From Bacillus subtilis subsp. subtilis str. 168 (GTDB lineage: Bacteria; Bacillota; Bacilli; Bacillales; Bacillaceae), in contig NC_000964.3 in assembly GCF_000009045.1 (NCBI RefSeq), forward strand, positions 2,430,001-2,462,000: DNA of 32,000 nt. Direction: 5' to 3'. Each line of letters begins with the position of its first letter. Within the stretch, counting starts at the first letter, position 1. This document shows positions 27,349 through 32,000 of the stretch, in pieces. Under the pieces are notes generated by a model. The model was not told the origin of the DNA and made no database searches. It was given only the letters and a program-made list of their open reading frames with translations. The position numbers and the translations under genes are program-made.

Positions 27349-28512
27349 TCACGGTTTAATTTTACCGTAGGTTCCTCCTCCTCCGGCTTTCAATTCCAGT
27401 TTTCCGGATCTCGCTTTTACGATAAGCGCCGCGGTTTTCGGCGGGACAACGCGAGCCAAATCTTCTTCTGCAGCCTCATGAAGAACAGCCATTTCTGTTC
27501 CGAAGGCTTTTTTTAGTTTGTCCAGCGTTTTCGGGCCTACACCCGGAACAAATTGCAGCGGGATCTGATGTACATATCGCGGACGCGGGACGCGAACTTC
27601 AAGCTGATCACTCAATTCACGCAATCTATCGCTGACTCCCTTGGTAAATCTGGCTTTTCCGCAATTCGCGCACGCTGTTTCCCCGCTTACAGCAGGCTCT
27701 CCGCACGCTTCGCAAGCCGTCTGATAATATTTCCCCAATAACGGGTCCAAGCCATAATTTGCGATAATTTTCCTGTCATCTTGTCCCTTTAATGCAAGAG
27801 CAAATTCAGTAAAATCAGCTGACTGCACATATAATTCATTATATTCTCTGCCGATTTTCCCCAACGAATGCGCATCAGAATTTGTTAAAAAAGGATACGG
27901 ATTCAATTGCGATACGTGTGATGCCATGTCTGTATCACAGCTTAATCCAAGCTCCACCGCGTCTATCATAGATGGATCAAAAACCTCAGTTAAGCTTGAT
28001 TTAACCCCTTTTCCATATAAGCTTTTATGCGGCGTAAAGATATGGGCGGGGATAAACAGGCCGCCCATATCCTGCACTTTTTTTTGCAGGTTTAAGCCCG
28101 TTTCATAAATCCGCTGCGAGCTTAAATGAATATTTTTCAGCCGGGCTGACAGCCAGTTTGAAAACTGTTTCATATCAGCCAGCGTCGGCATAAATACGAG
28201 CACATGGATCGGTCCGCTGCAGGCTTCATCATAAATCTCCAGCTCGCTCCCCAATAAAAGAGTCGTGCTGCGATAACGGATTCCTCCCCCGTCAAGCTCG
28301 CGATATTTTCCAGATGAAATGCCTTCCTCAAGCTCTAGAATGACTTCCGGAGAATGACAGTCGATAATGCCGAGGAGTTCAATTCCTTTATGTTCACTGG
28401 CTTCAACCAAAATTCTGTCCAGCGTTAATGTTTTGGCGCCTGTTATTTTGACAGCCCTTCCTGTAAAGGTCCGGCCGATATGAATGTGCAAATCCGCGTA
28501 AATCTTTTTCAT
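27349..28512 (-). CDS. yqxK: EndoQ-like nuclease: PHP-type metal domain + Zn-ribbon + helix-hairpin-helix
   Basis: 387-aa ORF with an N-terminal DLHIHIG motif, the cysteine cluster CEACGEP...CANCGK, and the C-terminal HhH segment FVPGVGPKTLDKLKKAFG. Its start overlaps the nudF stop by 4 nt. Confidence 0.85.
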   Translation of the reverse strand: MKKIYADLHIHIGRTFTGRAVKITGAKTLTLDRILVEASEHKGIELLGIIDCHSPEVILELEEGISSGKYRELDGGGIRYRSTTLLLGSELEIYDEACSGPIHVLVFMPTLADMKQFSNWLSARLKNIHLSSQRIYETGLNLQKKVQDMGGLFIPAHIFTPHKSLYGKGVKSSLTEVFDPSMIDAVELGLSCDTDMASHVSQLNPYPFLTNSDAHSLGKIGREYNELYVQSADFTEFALALKGQDDRKIIANYGLDPLLGKYYQTACEACGEPAVSGETACANCGKARFTKGVSDRLRELSDQLEVRVPRPRYVHQIPLQFVPGVGPKTLDKLKKAFGTEMAVLHEAAEEDLARVVPPKTAALIVKARSGKLELKAGGGGTYGKIKP

Positions 28513-29066
28513 TTTTGTGCTTGGAGCGCTTCTTTCAGCTGAAGATACTGAATCGCGTAGGCTGTTTTAGCATCATATACTTCACGCGATTCAACCAGCT
28601 TTAGCGCATCTTCAAGCGTCACCTCCATCACTTCAACAAACTCGTCCTCATCAAGCTCCCGTTTTTCTTCAAGCACAGAAAGCTCCTCAGCAAGAAAAAC
28701 GTGAACGATTTCATCTGCAAATCCGGGTGATGTATAAAACGCAGTTATTTTTGTCAGTTTTTTTGCTGTATAACCGGTTTCCTCTTCAAGTTCCCGAAGT
28801 GCCGTATACTCCGGCTCCTCACCTTTTTCAAGCTTACCGGCCGGAATTTCAACGATCGTCCGCTCAAGCGGCTTACGGAATTGTTTGACCATGATGATTT
28901 TCCCTTCATCTGTGACGGCTAGTACCGCTACAGCTCCAGGGTGTTTCACAATTTCACGTTTACTGGCTTTGCCGTTTGGCAGCTCTACATCCTCGACATA
29001 AAGATCAATGACTTTACCCGAAAAAATCTGTTCTTTGGCAATTGTTTTTTCTTCTAATGATTTCAT
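28509..29066 (-). CDS. nudF: ADP-ribose pyrophosphatase (Nudix hydrolase)
   Basis: Track ORF trimmed to the ATG at 29066 (GGGAG 8 nt upstream), giving 185 aa. The Nudix box is GKLEKGEEPEYTALRELEEETGY. Confidence 0.9.
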   Translation of the reverse strand: MKSLEEKTIAKEQIFSGKVIDLYVEDVELPNGKASKREIVKHPGAVAVLAVTDEGKIIMVKQFRKPLERTIVEIPAGKLEKGEEPEYTALRELEEETGYTAKKLTKITAFYTSPGFADEIVHVFLAEELSVLEEKRELDEDEFVEVMEVTLEDALKLVESREVYDAKTAYAIQYLQLKEALQAQK

Positions 29067-29140
29067 TTCTTCATCTCCCGTTCTGTCTCTATATGATGCC
29101 CCATACATTTTATCATACTAGAGCAAAAGGGGGCTTCTTC

Positions 29141-29263
29141 GTGAAAGTGCACCGCATGCCAAAAGGTGTTGTCTTAGTCGGAAAAGCATGGGAAATTCGA
29201 GCGAAGTTAAAAGAGTATGGACGCACATTTCAATATGTGAAAGATTGGATCTCAAAGCCATAA
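29141..29263 (+). CDS. candidate unlisted small ORF (40 aa)
   Basis: GTG at 29141 is preceded by AAAGGGGG with a 7-nt spacer. Translation: VKVHRMPKGVVLVGKAWEIRAKLKEYGRTFQYVKDWISKP. The longer track ORF from 29042 overlaps nudF antisense and lacks an SD. Confidence 0.3.
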   Translation: MKVHRMPKGVVLVGKAWEIRAKLKEYGRTFQYVKDWISKP

Positions 29264-29325
29264 AAGTTGAAACTTTAGCTCCTTTATATTACGGTCAATA
29301 CAAAGCCTAAAAAAGGAGTGTGCAC

Positions 29326-30246
29326 ATGAGAAAGCGCAAATTGGGTACATCTGATTTAGACATTAGCGAAGTCGGACTCGGCTGTATGTCTCTTGGAACT
29401 GAAAAAAACAAAGCATTGTCCATTCTGGATGAAGCGATCGAGCTTGGCATCAACTATTTGGACACAGCGGATTTGTATGACCGGGGACGCAATGAAGAAA
29501 TTGTCGGTGATGCGATCCAAAACAGACGCCATGATATTATTCTGGCAACAAAAGCGGGAAACCGTTGGGATGACGGAAGCGAGGGCTGGTATTGGGACCC
29601 TTCAAAAGCTTACATAAAAGAGGCGGTAAAAAAGAGCCTTACACGTCTGAAAACAGATTATATCGACCTTTATCAGCTCCACGGCGGCACGATAGAGGAC
29701 AACATTGATGAAACGATTGAAGCGTTTGAGGAATTAAAACAAGAAGGTGTCATCCGCTACTACGGCATTTCTTCCATCCGCCCGAATGTGATTAAAGAAT
29801 ATGTAAAAAAATCAAACATCGTCAGCATTATGATGCAATTCAGCCTGTTTGACAGACGCCCTGAGGAATGGCTCCCGCTTTTAGAGGAACATCAAATCAG
29901 CGTAGTCGCCAGAGGTCCTGTTGCCAAAGGGCTCTTAACTGAAAAACCGCTTGATCAAGCTTCAGAAAGTATGAAACAAAACGGGTACTTGTCCTATTCA
30001 TTCGAGGAACTGACAAATGCCCGTAAGGCAATGGAGGAAGTGGCTCCCGATCTTTCCATGACAGAAAAGTCGCTGCAGTATCTGCTAGCACAGCCGGCTG
30101 TCGCTTCAGTGATTACAGGCGCCAGTAAGATTGAGCAGTTACGGGAAAATATTCAGGCAGCAAATGCACGGCGTTTAACCGAAGAGGAAATCAAAGCGCT
30201 CCAATCTCATACGAAACAAGACATTTACAAAGCTCATCGCTCATAG
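29326..30246 (+). CDS. yqkF: aldo-keto reductase family oxidoreductase
   Basis: Track ORF trimmed to the ATG at 29326 (AAAGGAG 7 nt upstream), giving 306 aa. AKR motifs are present (GLGCMSLG, DTADLYD, LYQLHG). Confidence 0.9.
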   Translation: MRKRKLGTSDLDISEVGLGCMSLGTEKNKALSILDEAIELGINYLDTADLYDRGRNEEIVGDAIQNRRHDIILATKAGNRWDDGSEGWYWDPSKAYIKEAVKKSLTRLKTDYIDLYQLHGGTIEDNIDETIEAFEELKQEGVIRYYGISSIRPNVIKEYVKKSNIVSIMMQFSLFDRRPEEWLPLLEEHQISVVARGPVAKGLLTEKPLDQASESMKQNGYLSYSFEELTNARKAMEEVAPDLSMTEKSLQYLLAQPAVASVITGASKIEQLRENIQAANARRLTEEEIKALQSHTKQDIYKAHRS

Positions 30247-30250
30247 CAGA

Positions 30251-30285
30251 AAAACCAGCACCTGTACGGGTGCTGGTTTATTTAT
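30251..30285. terminator. bidirectional terminator between convergent yqkF and yqkE
   Basis: Stem AAACCAGCACC pairs with GGTGCTGGTTT (core 30255-30262 with 30269-30276). It is flanked by A-rich tracts on the left and T-rich tracts on the right. Confidence 0.7.
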
Positions 30286-30502
30286 ATTGATGCCAATCCA
30301 TTTGGCTTTCATTTAGGAGTTCTTCAAAGCTCTTATTTTTTTCGATCTCTTTTTTCTTTCTAATCTGTTCTGCTTTTTCTCTTTTCTGCCTCTTTTCATC
30401 CTCTTCCTTCAATTGGCTCTTCATCTCCATAAGCTTTGCTTTGATATCGGATTGAAGGCCGTCTTTTAGCTGGTGTTTGTCAATGGATTTTTGTTTTTTC
30501 AT
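30278..30502 (-). CDS. yqkE: small Lys/Glu-rich protein of unknown function (74 aa)
   Basis: Track ORF trimmed to the ATG at 30502 (GGGGGAAG upstream). Translation begins MKKQKSIDKHQLKDGLQSDIKAKLMEMKSQLKEEDEKRQKREKAEQ... Confidence 0.65.
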   Translation of the reverse strand: MKKQKSIDKHQLKDGLQSDIKAKLMEMKSQLKEEDEKRQKREKAEQIRKKKEIEKNKSFEELLNESQMDWHQYK

Positions 30503-30663
30503 GCAGACTTCCCCCATGTTTTGTTTTGAAGCCAGTTTATCACGGAGCATATAAACTGAACAAGCAGACTCTCTTCTGATCACTTTCTCAGCGTAGCAGT
30601 GTTTAGGTATAATGATCTTAAACACGAATTGCCTATATATTTCGTTGAAAGGTGCTGTGACTT

Positions 30664-31581
30664 TTGAAGAAAATCCTTTTGGCCATTGGCGCGCTCGTAA
30701 CAGCTGTCATCGCAATCGGAATTGTTTTTTCACATATGATTCTATTCATCAAGAAAAAAACGGATGAAGACATTATCAAAAGAGAGACAGACAACGGACA
30801 TGATGTGTTTGAATCATTTGAACAAATGGAGAAAACCGCTTTTGTGATACCCTCCGCTTACGGGTACGACATAAAAGGATACCATGTCGCACCGCATGAC
30901 ACACCAAATACCATCATCATCTGCCACGGGGTGACGATGAATGTACTGAATTCTCTTAAGTATATGCATTTATTTCTAGATCTCGGCTGGAATGTGCTCA
31001 TTTATGACCATCGCCGGCATGGCCAAAGCGGCGGAAAGACGACCAGCTACGGGTTTTACGAAAAGGATGATCTCAATAAGGTTGTCAGCTTGCTCAAAAA
31101 CAAAACAAATCATCGCGGATTGATCGGAATTCATGGTGAGTCGATGGGGGCCGTGACCGCCCTGCTTTATGCTGGTGCACACTGCAGCGATGGCGCTGAT
31201 TTTTATATTGCCGATTGTCCGTTCGCATGTTTTGATGAACAGCTTGCCTATCGGCTGAGAGCGGAATACAGGCTCCCGTCTTGGCCCCTGCTTCCTATCG
31301 CCGACTTCTTTTTGAAGCTGAGGGGAGGCTATCGCGCACGTGAAGTATCTCCGCTTGCTGTCATTGATAAAATTGAAAAGCCGGTCCTCTTTATTCACAG
31401 TAAGGATGATGACTACATTCCTGTTTCTTCAACCGAGCGGCTTTATGAAAAGAAACGCGGTCCGAAAGCGCTGTACATTGCCGAGAACGGTGAACACGCC
31501 ATGTCATATACCAAAAATCGGCATACGTACCGAAAAACAGTGCAGGAGTTTTTAGACAACATGAATGATTCAACAGAATAA
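30664..31581 (+). CDS. yqkD: membrane-anchored alpha/beta hydrolase
   Basis: 305-aa ORF with a TTG start and an N-terminal transmembrane helix. It has the nucleophile elbow GESMG and an HG oxyanion motif (ICHGV). Confidence 0.85.
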   Translation: MKKILLAIGALVTAVIAIGIVFSHMILFIKKKTDEDIIKRETDNGHDVFESFEQMEKTAFVIPSAYGYDIKGYHVAPHDTPNTIIICHGVTMNVLNSLKYMHLFLDLGWNVLIYDHRRHGQSGGKTTSYGFYEKDDLNKVVSLLKNKTNHRGLIGIHGESMGAVTALLYAGAHCSDGADFYIADCPFACFDEQLAYRLRAEYRLPSWPLLPIADFFLKLRGGYRAREVSPLAVIDKIEKPVLFIHSKDDDYIPVSSTERLYEKKRGPKALYIAENGEHAMSYTKNRHTYRKTVQEFLDNMNDSTE

Positions 31582-31618
31582 AAAAGCGAAAGGCCTCTTC
31601 GGCTCTTTCGCTTTTTTA
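31581..31618. terminator. bidirectional terminator between convergent yqkD and yqkC
   Basis: Stem AAAAGCGAAAG (31582-31592) pairs with CTTTCGCTTTT (31605-31615), with A-rich and T-rich flanks. Confidence 0.7.
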
Positions 31619-31620
31619 TG

Positions 31621-31860
31621 TTACAGAACGTCGGTAATGCCATCCATATTTTCTCTGATCCATTCAATCGCAAGATCTATCGTTGTAAACTCCTGCGTCT
31701 CGAAGGTCATTTCATCCTGCAATAGCCAGACATCTTTCTTGATGGACTCTGCTCCTCCGATTGACCAGTGAAGCAAGGTATAAGGATGGTTTTGATTCAG
31801 GAAGGATACCCACGTTTTATTTTGTGCTGTGTTCTTCATTGCCTTCAGCTTTTGTTCCAC
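31621..31860 (-). CDS. yqkC: small protein of unknown function (79 aa)
   Basis: Track ORF with a GTG start and AGGAG 9 nt upstream. That SD overlaps the stop codon of the upstream partial ORF. Confidence 0.65.
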
Positions 31861-31872
31861 GTTTCGCGTCTC

Positions 31873-32000
31873 CTACTTTACTAATATGCTCATTCTGGGG
31901 CTGAGCATTTCAGCCGGGCTTTTCAGCGCCAATGTTTTGGCTTTTTCATTGTAATCGATCGTCATTTGATCGTCAAAAAACACTTTTTGCGACGATTGGA
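31873..32000 (-). CDS. yqkB: C-terminal ~41 codons of an upstream gene (runs off the window end), possibly HesB/IscA-like
   Basis: My translation of the minus strand gives ...QSSQKVFFDDQMTIDYNEKAKTLALKSPAEMLSPRMSILVK, ending at the TAG at 31873-31875. The symbol comes only from my memory of gene order. Confidence 0.5.
   Translation of the reverse strand, partial: QSSQKVFFDDQMTIDYNEKAKTLALKSPAEMLSPRMSILVK

Noticed and set aside
29042-29140. Full 73-aa track ORF 29042-29263
   Set aside because: Its 5' third overlaps the nudF start region antisense and has no SD. I retained only the SD-led GTG-initiated 40-aa portion, as a low-confidence candidate.

Overview
This window reads as a densely packed, conserved chromosomal segment of a Bacillus subtilis-group genome. 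The gene products and their order match my memory of strain 168, but I could not check this against a database. Order, left to right: ribE' (partial), ribD with its FMN riboswitch, ypuD, sipS, a roughly 2.4-kb stretch of decayed or small genes, ypzD, ppiB, ypuA, lysA, the seven-cistron spoVA operon, spoIIAA-spoIIAB-sigF, dacF, pupG-drm, xerD (ripX), yqzK, fur, spoIIM, yqkK, mleA-mleN, ansB-ansA, ansR, yqxK-nudF, yqkF, yqkE, yqkD, yqkC and yqkB' (partial). Most genes lie on the minus strand, and many are joined by short gaps or overlaps. I adjusted several ORF-track starts to the start codon with a credible Shine-Dalgarno (SD) sequence. I found no rRNA, tRNA, CRISPR array, IS element, transposase, prophage module or long repeat. 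I also found no convincing previously undescribed multi-gene system; this is ordinary core genome. The observations most worth a second look are: (1) a Nudix gene translationally overlapped with an EndoQ-like PHP/Zn-ribbon/HhH nuclease (nudF-yqxK); (2) a gene-decay patch between sipS and ppiB, containing a DedA-PAP2 fusion broken by three homopolymer frameshifts, a start-less Cys/His-rich ORF and a 665-bp ORF-poor gap; (3) two candidate unlisted small ORFs; (4) several regulatory sites readable directly from the sequence (FMN riboswitch, PerR box, ECF-type promoter, sigma-F/G/E/H-type promoters, cre-like site, candidate AnsR operators).
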